Below the pieces are notes generated by a model, which had not been told where the DNA came from, did not search any database, and was given only the letters and a program-made list of their open reading frames with translations. From Prochlorococcus sp. AG-424-P16 (lineage in GTDB: Bacteria; Cyanobacteriota; Cyanobacteriia; PCC-6307; Cyanobiaceae), in contig QCNI01000002.1 in assembly GCA_003213255.1 (NCBI GenBank), positions 2,508 through 66,507 of the forward strand: a DNA stretch of 64,000 nucleotides. Direction: 5' to 3'. The position numbers and the translations under genes are program-made. Shown one piece after another: positions 1 to 8,058 of this stretch; position 1 is the stretch's first letter; each line of letters opens with the position of its first letter.

Positions 1-1
1 T

Positions 2-256
2 GTTGACCCAGAAAAACTAAATACTTGGATGGGAAGGCTTCTCTCAGAAAAAGGGGTGGATATATTTAGAACTAAAGGTTTCATAAGTTACTCAGGCAAC
101 CCAAGGCGAATAGTTTTCCAGGGGGTACACATGTTATTTACTGCACAACCTGACAAAGAATGGGGTAACGAACCTCGTAGAAATCAACTTGTTTTTATCG
201 GTAGAAATTTAAATGAGAAAGAGATGCAAGAAGGCTTTGATAAATGTCTGATATAG
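2..256 (+). CDS. COG0523/CobW-family G3E GTPase metallochaperone, C-terminal part (5'-truncated by window edge)
   Basis: Frame open from base 2 (VDPEKLNTWM...); CobW_C motifs IFRTKG, FQGVH, NQLVFIGRNL. Confidence 0.85.
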   Translation, partial: VDPEKLNTWMGRLLSEKGVDIFRTKGFISYSGNPRRIVFQGVHMLFTAQPDKEWGNEPRRNQLVFIGRNLNEKEMQEGFDKCLI

Positions 257-1317
257 AACCATTTAGCCCAAGAGGCATGTTCCATGAAGGATGGACTGCT
301 GAAGTTAGCGATTATGCCATAGCATGTGGCTGGGCTCTTAAAGGGAAACAATTTATTGTTGGCGACGTTGCGGGTGGTATTTTTGCATTCGAAGGAGATA
401 CTGGAAAAATTATCTGGAAAAAAGAAAATACACACTCTGGTGGTCTACTAGCAATGGCAATTCATCCAGAGGGTGAAATTTTTGCAACATCAGGTCAGGA
501 TGGGAATGTTCAAATTTGTAATTGCCAGGAAGGTAAAGTTATTAAAACACTTAATCTTGGTAAGGGTTGGGTAGAACACCTCAAGTGGTCTAATGATGGT
601 TTATTTCTAGCGATAGCTATCTCAAAAAAAGTATATGTTTTTAATGAAATTGGTGAAGAGAAATGGATCTCAGAAGACCATCCAAGCACAGTAAGTGCAA
701 TAACATGGTCAAATAAAAATGAGCTAGCAACTGCTTGCTACGGCAGAGTGACATTCTTTGACATAGTTAATAATAAAACGAATCAAAAACTCGAATGGCA
801 AGGATCATTGGTATCTATGGAATTAAGCCCTGATGGAGATATAGTCGCCTGTGGGAGTCAAGACAATTCAGTTCATTTTTGGAGAAGATCAACAGGAATG
901 GATGCTGAAATGACTGGATACCCTGGTAAACCAAGTCATCTTTCTTTTGATGACAGCGGAAAATTATTAGCAACTAGTGGCAGTGAAAGAATTACAGTTT
1001 GGAGCTTTATAGGAAATGGTCCAGAAGGGACTATGCCAGGAGAGCTATGTCACCATACAGAACCCATTTCGAGCCTAGCCTTTTCAAATAAAGGTATGCT
1101 TGTAGCCTCAGGATCTAGGGATGGTTCTGTTGTCGCAAGTTTCCTCAAAAATGACGGCAATGGGGATCCCGTTGGAGCTGCATTCGCAGGAGATTTAGTA
1201 GGGGCAATATCTTGGAGACCTGATGATTGCGCACTTGCAGCAGTCAATGCAAAAGGTGTTGTAAATGTATGGAAATTTAAAGTTCGTACTAACCTTTTTT
1301 CAAAGGGATTTAAGTAA
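244..1317 (+). CDS. WD40-repeat beta-propeller protein
   Basis: Repeated SGxDGxVxxW-type units; overlaps the end of the COG0523 gene. Confidence 0.9.
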   Translation: MSDIEPFSPRGMFHEGWTAEVSDYAIACGWALKGKQFIVGDVAGGIFAFEGDTGKIIWKKENTHSGGLLAMAIHPEGEIFATSGQDGNVQICNCQEGKVIKTLNLGKGWVEHLKWSNDGLFLAIAISKKVYVFNEIGEEKWISEDHPSTVSAITWSNKNELATACYGRVTFFDIVNNKTNQKLEWQGSLVSMELSPDGDIVACGSQDNSVHFWRRSTGMDAEMTGYPGKPSHLSFDDSGKLLATSGSERITVWSFIGNGPEGTMPGELCHHTEPISSLAFSNKGMLVASGSRDGSVVASFLKNDGNGDPVGAAFAGDLVGAISWRPDDCALAAVNAKGVVNVWKFKVRTNLFSKGFK

Positions 1318-1335
1318 AAAGTAGAAATTTATTAA

Positions 1336-1491
1336 TTACCAATAGTTAGCTTTTAAATGTCTTTCCATACAAATGACCTCACAGTCATTATCTATCCCTT
1401 TTGGGTGAATATCACAATATGAGAGACATTGAAAATATTCATCTATGGGATTTGATTTATCAGTTTTACTAACTTCTTTCGAATGATTCAT
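1336..1491 (-). CDS. Unannotated 51-aa Cys-rich microprotein (twin CX3C)
   Basis: Manual translation MNHSKEVSKTDKSNPIDEYFQCLSYCDIHPKGIDNDCEVICMERHLKANYW*; GAGGA Shine-Dalgarno just upstream. Confidence 0.7.
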   Translation of the reverse strand: MNHSKEVSKTDKSNPIDEYFQCLSYCDIHPKGIDNDCEVICMERHLKANYW

Positions 1492-1583
1492 AAAAGATTT
1501 CCTCAATTATTTAAAATTAAGATAGACGAATTAAATATCAAAAGAAATAAGCAAAACTTACTAAAAATATCTCAAAAAAATTA

Positions 1584-1597
1584 GTACTATTGATTAC
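1584..1597. promoter_or_regulatory. Putative NtcA box with a minus-strand -10 element
   Basis: GTA-ctattgat-TAC; TAAGTT (TA-N3-T) on the minus strand at 1560-1555, 23 nt away. Confidence 0.5.
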
Positions 1598-1682
1598 TAC
1601 TCTCGGACATTTTTAATTAAAAAGCAATGCGTATAAAAACGGATTGTCTTTAGAGAAATATTTTCCTAATTTTATATTGTTG

Positions 1683-1994
1683 AGTTCTAGGAGGTCTTTC
1701 AAAATGATCGATAGCCTGCCTGAAATTTCGGAATAAACCGAACTAATTTAATTAACTGCTCCAATTATTTTTTATTAATGTCTAAGCTTCCTTCTTCTGC
1801 ATCGTTTAGGTGCCCTTTAAGAAACAAGCTTAATTCTAGAGTTTTTGCCCCAGTTAAAGACAATTAGTTAATTTTGGTGAGCATTAGCTTAATAGAAGTT
1901 AGCAACAAGGATCCATGATTTAGGTGCGTTTTTAACTTCAGTAAAAAATATAAGTAAGAGATAAAAGAGGGCTTATTTAAGCCCTCTTTTTTTA
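1683..1994 (+). ncRNA. Candidate sRNA or micro-ORF transcript
   Basis: -10-like TATATT at 1673-1678, AGGAGG at 1689-1694, ORFs of 10 aa and 29 aa, strong intrinsic terminator, no long ORF. Confidence 0.4.
1963..1994 (+). terminator. Rho-independent terminator
   Basis: aaaagagggctt-attt-aagccctctttt hairpin followed by a T run. Confidence 0.8.
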
Positions 1995-2050
1995 ATAAGA
2001 TGACTTTCTTTTAATTTTATAGATAATGATTAAAGTAATAAAATTTTAAA

Positions 2051-2326
2051 ATGGTTCAATATTATTGCCCATATTGCAATCCTAAATATCAATTTCAAAA
2101 ACAATCGTCTAATGGTACTTTAATTTGTGGCTTGTGTGGAGAGGATCTTATAAAAAAACCATTTATTAGGTTGAACCAGATAATTGCTTTAGTTGCCGCA
2201 TCATCATTACTTCTACCGTTAATATATACTTTTATTTTTTTAATTAAAAATCAAATAAATCCTCCTAATAAAAATTATCAAGCAAATAGTACTTTAATGA
2301 TAATTATCAAAGAAAAACTTTCATAA
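2051..2326 (+). CDS. Hypothetical Zn-ribbon-like protein with one TM helix
   Basis: CPYC...CGLC followed by a hydrophobic segment. Confidence 0.65.
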   Translation: MVQYYCPYCNPKYQFQKQSSNGTLICGLCGEDLIKKPFIRLNQIIALVAASSLLLPLIYTFIFLIKNQINPPNKNYQANSTLMIIIKEKLS

Positions 2327-2350
2327 AACAATTTAAAAAATCTAGAGAGG

Positions 2351-2572
2351 TTAACCCCTACATAGTGATTTATTTAAACAAGAATTTTTACTCTCAATAT
2401 TTATCCGATCATCAATATTTTTTAATTTGTTTTTATTACTTATTACTTTAACTTTTTGGCCGCAATGTTCTTTGCAACCACCATTAAATAAATTATGTGC
2501 ATATAAACTGGAACTATTCGTAAGTAATAAAAGAAAAATTATTTTATAAATTTGATTAAAATATGAAATCAT
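2351..2572 (-). CDS. Hypothetical small secreted Cys-rich protein
   Basis: Signal-like N-terminus; GGCKEHC and CLNKSLC. Confidence 0.55.
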   Translation of the reverse strand: MISYFNQIYKIIFLLLLTNSSSLYAHNLFNGGCKEHCGQKVKVISNKNKLKNIDDRINIESKNSCLNKSLCRG

Positions 2573-2615
2573 TTTTATTATGATTTTCCAATAATTAGTA
2601 AATAAATAATATCAG

Positions 2616-2852
2616 TTAATTCCAAGGAGTGTTTATAAGTCCCCAGATATCGAAGAAGAAAAATAAAACTGCAATAACAACAAGATCCCATGCTCTTTCC
2701 CTAAAAGCCCAAGGTGCAATAAAAACTTCCCCAAGTCCGTGAAGTGCCGCCCCTACTGGTAGATGATCAAGAACCAGCAAACTATGAGAGAGGATAAAAA
2801 GAAAGCTTGCGAAATATCTAAAAAAAACAAATTGCCAATTACTAGAACTCAT
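2616..2852 (-). CDS. Hypothetical small membrane protein
   Basis: 78 aa, 2-3 hydrophobic helices. Confidence 0.65.
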   Translation of the reverse strand: MSSSNWQFVFFRYFASFLFILSHSLLVLDHLPVGAALHGLGEVFIAPWAFRERAWDLVVIAVLFFFFDIWGLINTPWN

Positions 2853-2928
2853 GCTTTTTAGATTTTTAAGAAATATACTTCAATGATCAAAATAATGATA
2901 TAGATCTAGTCAAGAGATATTATTTTTG

Positions 2929-2942
2929 GTAGCCATAAATAC
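2929..2942. promoter_or_regulatory. Putative NtcA box upstream of the ATP-grasp operon
   Basis: GTA-gccataaa-TAC with A/T-rich flanks; the -10 at N22 (TAAAAG) is imperfect. Confidence 0.45.
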
Positions 2943-2980
2943 GAATAAAGATATAAAGCTAAAGTAAAAGTTACTAAACG

Positions 2981-4423
2981 TTGAAATATATGTTTTCAAG
3001 TTATCAGCCTAAAAATAGTTTTGATGAATACTTTAAGGACAATGTAAACTCTGCTAGAGAAATATTGATTCCACTTCTTTCATCTTTAGATAATATGGGA
3101 CTTGAAGAATTAAACAGGAATCACTCTGCCGCAAAAAAATTATTACTAAGACATGGTGCAACTTTTAGATTAAACGATACTGGTTTAAAAGGTACTGAGA
3201 GAATATTACCTTTTGATCCACTTCCCAGAATAATTAGTAAAGATGATTGGGTAACGTTAGAAAAAGGCCTAAAACAAAGGCTTGAGGCAATAGATTTATT
3301 CCTAGATGATATTTATAATTCTCAAAAAATAATAAATGATGGAATAATTCCAAGAGAATTAATAGAGAGTTCAGAAGGTTGGAGACCTCAGATGATAGGT
3401 TTCAAACCTCCACTAAATAAATGGTGTCAAATTTCAGGACTTGATTTAATAAGGGATAGAAAAGGAGATTGGCATGTTTTAGAAGATAATTTAAGGTGCC
3501 CTTCTGGGGTTGCTTATTTTTTAGAAAATAGATTAGTTATGAAAAATATTTTTCCTAATCTTTTCTCAGGAAGAATAGTAAAACCAATTGATGAATATCC
3601 ATCATATCTTTTAAAAACGCTTCAAGAACTTGCTGTTTGGACTGACACTCCCAAGATAGTTCTACTAACTCCAGGAATTTTTAATAGTGCTTATTTTGAA
3701 CATAGTTATCTAGCGCAAGAAATGGGCATCCAACTAGTTCAAGGTCATGACTTAGTTTGTAATGATGATTATGTATATTTAAAAACTACCTCTGGATTAA
3801 AAAGAGTAGATGTCATTTACAGGCGAATTGATGATGATTTCTTAGATCCTCTTAATTTCAGAAAAGATTCCTGCCTTGGTGTTAGCGGATTACTTGATGT
3901 TTTTAAGGCAGGTCATGTTGCTTTAGCAAATGCACCTGGTACTGGAATAGCAGATGATAAAATGATTTATTCATTTGTTCCAAAAATGATTAAATATTAT
4001 CTTGATGAAGAAATTATTATTAAAAATGTAGAAACGTATATTTGTCATTACCAAAAGGATCGAGAATATGTTCTAGAAAATTTATCAAAACTTGTTGTTA
4101 AGTCTGTAGCAGAAGCCGGTGGTTATGGAATGTTAATTGGACCTCACTCAACAACCAGTGAAATAGAAGAATTCGCTAATAAAATCAAAAAAAATCCTAG
4201 AAATTTCATAGCACAACCAACGTTAGAATTATCTACTGTGCCATCGTTATGTGATGGAGAACTATATCCATGTCATGTTGATTTAAGGCCATACATCTTA
4301 AGAGGAAAAGATTCATGGGTTAGCCCAGGCGGGCTAACGAGGGTAGCATTAAAAAAAGGATCATTAGTCGTCAATTCTTCTCAAGGTGGAGGATGCAAAG
4401 ATACATGGGTTGTAGGTAAATAA
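2981..4423 (+). CDS. Circularly permuted type-2 ATP-grasp protein (COG2308); ATG at 2990 is the likely start
   Basis: Motifs VLEDNLRCPSG, YRRIDDDFLDP, NAPGTGIADDK, VDLRPY, PGGLTRV...NSSQGGGCKDTWV. Confidence 0.92.
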   Translation: MKYMFSSYQPKNSFDEYFKDNVNSAREILIPLLSSLDNMGLEELNRNHSAAKKLLLRHGATFRLNDTGLKGTERILPFDPLPRIISKDDWVTLEKGLKQRLEAIDLFLDDIYNSQKIINDGIIPRELIESSEGWRPQMIGFKPPLNKWCQISGLDLIRDRKGDWHVLEDNLRCPSGVAYFLENRLVMKNIFPNLFSGRIVKPIDEYPSYLLKTLQELAVWTDTPKIVLLTPGIFNSAYFEHSYLAQEMGIQLVQGHDLVCNDDYVYLKTTSGLKRVDVIYRRIDDDFLDPLNFRKDSCLGVSGLLDVFKAGHVALANAPGTGIADDKMIYSFVPKMIKYYLDEEIIIKNVETYICHYQKDREYVLENLSKLVVKSVAEAGGYGMLIGPHSTTSEIEEFANKIKKNPRNFIAQPTLELSTVPSLCDGELYPCHVDLRPYILRGKDSWVSPGGLTRVALKKGSLVVNSSQGGGCKDTWVVGK

Positions 4424-4424
4424 T

Positions 4425-5366
4425 ATGCTTTTAAGTCGTGTAGCAGAATCTCTTTATTGGATCAATCGTTATTTAGAACGTGCGGAAAACATATCTCGTT
4501 TCGTGGAAGTAAGCGAAGCAATGTCATTAGATTGTCCGCCAGGAAGTGCAGAACCCTGGCTACCGTTAATTGACGCTTCTAGTGACAGAGAATCTTTTGA
4601 TAAAAGATTCCCAGAGAAAAAACCTGATGACGTTATTAATTTTTTAATAAGAGATCGTTTAAACCCAAACAGTATAATTTCTTGCATTCAAATGGCAAGA
4701 GAAAATGCACGACAAATCAGAGATGTTATGACCACAGAAATGTGGGAACAAATTAATATTTTATATTGGAATATGCAAGAAGGAGAAGCAATATGGAATA
4801 AACCAAGACAAGAACAATTAAGCGAAATAAGGAGAGAATGTCAGCTTTTTTATGGAATTACAGATGCGACTCTAAGCAAAGATCTTGCCTGGAGATTCAG
4901 CATTCTTGGTAGATTAATCGAAAGAGCTGACAAAACATCAAGAATTTTAGATGTTAAATATTATTTACTCTTACCCAGCTTAGATGAACTTGGAGGAGTT
5001 CTTGATGAACTGCAATGGATTGCACTTTTACGTTCAGCTGGAGCTTATCAAATGTTTAGGAAAGCAGTGCAAAATTCTATAAAGCCGAATTCAGTTGCGA
5101 GATTTCTTTTACTTGATCCAATTTTCCCTAGATCAGTAAGATACTGTCTTGATGGGATAAGCAATACTCTTAAATCAATAGATAACTCTCCAAGTACTGA
5201 AAATCCTTCAGAATTAGAATGCATGAGAGGTTTGCTTAAAGCAAAGTGGAGTTATATCAGAATTGAAGATATAATCAATGATGGTTTACATGAGGCGATT
5301 GATTCATTGCAAATGGATTTAAATAAATTAAATGATCTCATTCAAGAAAAATATTTTATTAATTAA
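4425..5366 (+). CDS. Alpha-E domain protein (COG2307)
   Basis: MLLSRVAESLYW..RYLERAE and a second GRLIERADKTSRILDVKY repeat; FPRSV motif. Confidence 0.92.
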   Translation: MLLSRVAESLYWINRYLERAENISRFVEVSEAMSLDCPPGSAEPWLPLIDASSDRESFDKRFPEKKPDDVINFLIRDRLNPNSIISCIQMARENARQIRDVMTTEMWEQINILYWNMQEGEAIWNKPRQEQLSEIRRECQLFYGITDATLSKDLAWRFSILGRLIERADKTSRILDVKYYLLLPSLDELGGVLDELQWIALLRSAGAYQMFRKAVQNSIKPNSVARFLLLDPIFPRSVRYCLDGISNTLKSIDNSPSTENPSELECMRGLLKAKWSYIRIEDIINDGLHEAIDSLQMDLNKLNDLIQEKYFIN

Positions 5367-5377
5367 TAAGTTTATTA

Positions 5378-6235
5378 ATGAGAATTAAATACATTCACAA
5401 ACTTGAATATAAATACGAAGACCCTGTTCAATTAGGCGAGCATAGATTATGTATAAAGCCAAGGTCAAATGGATTCCAAAAGCTAAAGAATTTTGAATTA
5501 AAAATAATCCCAGAACCAGAAATTATTTATCCATTACTTGCGGCCAGCGGGGAAGAGATTAATAGAATCAGATTTAATGGATTAACAGATAATTTAATTA
5601 TTGAATCAGTCAGTGAAGTTGAAACTATTAAACATCCAAACATTATTGATGGAGTTAAAAATAGAGATTTAACATTACCTTTTTGTAGAAGCATTATTAA
5701 CAGAGATTTACAGGGAGCATTAGAGGGATGGATGCCAAATGGACAACACGATCCCTCTGCAGTAGAACTTGCTCAAGAAGCCTTAGCAGGAAGCATTAAT
5801 AACGCATTATCATTTACCTACCAACTAATAGAGATTATTCAAGATCGGGTTAAATATACCAAAAGACATACTGGTCCAGCATGGCCGGCTAGCAGAACAC
5901 TTAGAGAACGTATAGGTTCATGCAGAGATTTAGCAATGCTTATGGTTGAAGCTTGCAGGTCTATAGGTATCCCAAGTAGGTTTGTAAGTGGTTATCATTT
6001 TGAAGATCCGTTACCCTCTGAGTTGGATTTACACGCTTGGGCTGAATTATATATTCCAGGTGCTGGTTGGAGAGGTTTTGATCCAAGCGGAAAAGGATTA
6101 ATAGATGATAGATATTTAACATTGGTATCCTCTTCAAAATCTAATTTAACCTCTGTAATTACAGGAAACTTTATAGGAAAAAATAATTTAGAAAATACTT
6201 TATCCTGGGAAATCAAACCTCTTGAAATTAAATAA
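5378..6235 (+). CDS. Bacterial transglutaminase-like protein (COG1305)
   Basis: Catalytic triad motifs GSCRD, HAWAE, GFDPS; N-terminal Bact_transglu_N-like region. Confidence 0.92.
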   Translation: MRIKYIHKLEYKYEDPVQLGEHRLCIKPRSNGFQKLKNFELKIIPEPEIIYPLLAASGEEINRIRFNGLTDNLIIESVSEVETIKHPNIIDGVKNRDLTLPFCRSIINRDLQGALEGWMPNGQHDPSAVELAQEALAGSINNALSFTYQLIEIIQDRVKYTKRHTGPAWPASRTLRERIGSCRDLAMLMVEACRSIGIPSRFVSGYHFEDPLPSELDLHAWAELYIPGAGWRGFDPSGKGLIDDRYLTLVSSSKSNLTSVITGNFIGKNNLENTLSWEIKPLEIK

Positions 6236-6361
6236 ACACTAAATTTTTAATCTTTTAAAATAACAAAAAAATATAAATAATAATATGTTTCTTTTTTAGT
6301 GTTAATTGATACGTTCTTGTATATATATATCTGTTTTCATTTGTTTAATCTTTAAAGAAAA

Positions 6362-6883
6362 TTGAACTCAAGTTTAGAAATTCCAGTTATCAAATCAAAC
6401 AAATCGAAAATGTTTGAATTGATAAGTTATGAAAAATTTCGCGATACAAAAGATGTAAGATTTTTTGATATTAGTGTTAATGAATCAAACTATAGAGATC
6501 TAGTTATTCACAGTGGGCCTGCAGTTAGTCCTCCAAATGATGAAGAATTTAAGAATTGGCAATTTTACATACATCACAATCAAGAAGATAATCTACTGGC
6601 TATCTCTGGGGGAAGAACATTTTTTCTTGTCAATTTTGGCTGGGATTATCCTTTTTATAAAGTTAGATTAGAATCTTGCGGATACATTTTAAGAATACCT
6701 AGAGGAACTTTTCATAGATCAGTATCTGACCAAAACGGTTCTATAGTTTTAAATCAAGCTATAAGAGATAAAGAAGGTACAGTTGAATCTGAATTTAAGG
6801 TTACGAATAGCAAAGATAACAAAAAACTTCTAGATTGTATAACTAATTTAGAGCCTAGATTCAAAATTTATAGTGTTAAATAA
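6362..6883 (+). CDS. Cupin (RmlC-like) fold protein of unknown function
   Basis: HHNQED and IPRGTFHRS cupin motifs. Confidence 0.65.
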   Translation: MNSSLEIPVIKSNKSKMFELISYEKFRDTKDVRFFDISVNESNYRDLVIHSGPAVSPPNDEEFKNWQFYIHHNQEDNLLAISGGRTFFLVNFGWDYPFYKVRLESCGYILRIPRGTFHRSVSDQNGSIVLNQAIRDKEGTVESEFKVTNSKDNKKLLDCITNLEPRFKIYSVK

Positions 6884-6966
6884 TTTTAAAAAGGAGTTCC
6901 AAATTTAGTCATCAATTTTAAAAATTATCTAATTGTTATAAAATAAAAATATTCGAATTCTATAGT

Positions 6967-7485
6967 ATGAAATTTTTCAGATTTTTAAAATATTTTTTAT
7001 GCATAACTTTTTCTTTCTTAGTTTTATCCTCTCCAGTTTTTGCTGGGGCAAATGTAGCTGTTAAGGGCGAGGGAGATGAAGTTCCAAGTTATGTAAGATC
7101 TAATATTACTGGATTTGATTTCCATGGAGAGGATCTTCATTTGTCATCTATAGCTGGAGCAGTTGCGAGAGATGCAGATTTTAGTGACGTTGATTTACAT
7201 GGTACAACCTTAACCCTATCTGATTTAAAAGGTTCTAATTTAAATGGAATCGACCTGACTGATACTCTTTCTGATCGAGTTAATTTCCAAAAAACAGATC
7301 TTAGAAATGCTGTTTTAATAAATATGATCGCATCTGGTAGCAGTTTTGCAGGAGCTCAAATAGAAGGAGCAGATTTTTCTTACGCTATTCTTGACAGCGA
7401 AGATCAAAGAAATCTTTGTGAAATTGCTGATGGGATCAATCCAACAACAGGCGTTTCAACCAGAGAAAGTCTTGAGTGTAGTTAG
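6967..7485 (+). CDS. Pentapeptide-repeat protein, exported or lumenal
   Basis: Signal peptide, A(D/N)LXX-type repeats, C-terminal Cys pair (LC...TRESLEC). Confidence 0.9.
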   Translation: MKFFRFLKYFLCITFSFLVLSSPVFAGANVAVKGEGDEVPSYVRSNITGFDFHGEDLHLSSIAGAVARDADFSDVDLHGTTLTLSDLKGSNLNGIDLTDTLSDRVNFQKTDLRNAVLINMIASGSSFAGAQIEGADFSYAILDSEDQRNLCEIADGINPTTGVSTRESLECS

Positions 7486-7493
7486 AACAAAAA

Positions 7494-7847
7494 CTATAAA
7501 TAGACTTTCTTACCATTATTAAATTTATAAATCCTTTGTTCATCATCTTGAAATATCATTTCACCATTTAATTTGGATTTATTAAATTTAGCTAGCCTTG
7601 CTCTGTGAATATTAGATTTCCTATTAATATTTTCTTCGTTATCATAACTCCCAATATAGATATTTATATTAGGGTTTGAAAAGGTTTTTTCTTCCTCTCT
7701 TAAAAAAATTCTTTCAATATTTGTTTGCGTGCTTTGAAGTTTATTTTTAAATTTGTTTAATTTTAAGTTCTTTGGTTTTTTAGATTTAATTTTTTTGTAG
7801 ACCAAAAAAATAACTCCTAAAATTAGAAAAAATAAAAATATATTCAT
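7494..7847 (-). CDS. Hypothetical membrane-anchored protein
   Basis: N-terminal TM segment, 117 aa. Confidence 0.6.
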   Translation of the reverse strand: MNIFLFFLILGVIFLVYKKIKSKKPKNLKLNKFKNKLQSTQTNIERIFLREEEKTFSNPNINIYIGSYDNEENINRKSNIHRARLAKFNKSKLNGEMIFQDDEQRIYKFNNGKKVYL

Positions 7848-7850
7848 TAA

Positions 7851-8042
7851 CTATTTAATTTTTATTTTAATATCTACGCCTAAGTTACTTTTAGTAGTTA
7901 ATATTTCTTTTCTATAGATTCCATAAGTAAAAATTCTAGATAAAGTTTTCAAAGATTTAAAAACCAAAAAAACAGTAAATAAAAAGAAAACAATAATATT
8001 TTCTACAAGAATATTTTTATTTTTATTATCTAGATTGCTCAT
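7851..8042 (-). CDS. Hypothetical small protein
   Basis: 63 aa with a TM segment; packed between same-strand genes. Confidence 0.5.
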   Translation of the reverse strand: MSNLDNKNKNILVENIIVFFLFTVFLVFKSLKTLSRIFTYGIYRKEILTTKSNLGVDIKIKIK

Positions 8043-8058
8043 GTAAGTGTTAATTCAA

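Noticed and set aside
6320-6330. Short (TA)n run upstream of the cupin gene
   Set aside because: Too short in AT-rich DNA to support phase variation
7100-7400. Repetitive pattern that could suggest a DNA repeat array
   Set aside because: Explained by protein-level pentapeptide repeats; no CRISPR-like repeat-spacer structure
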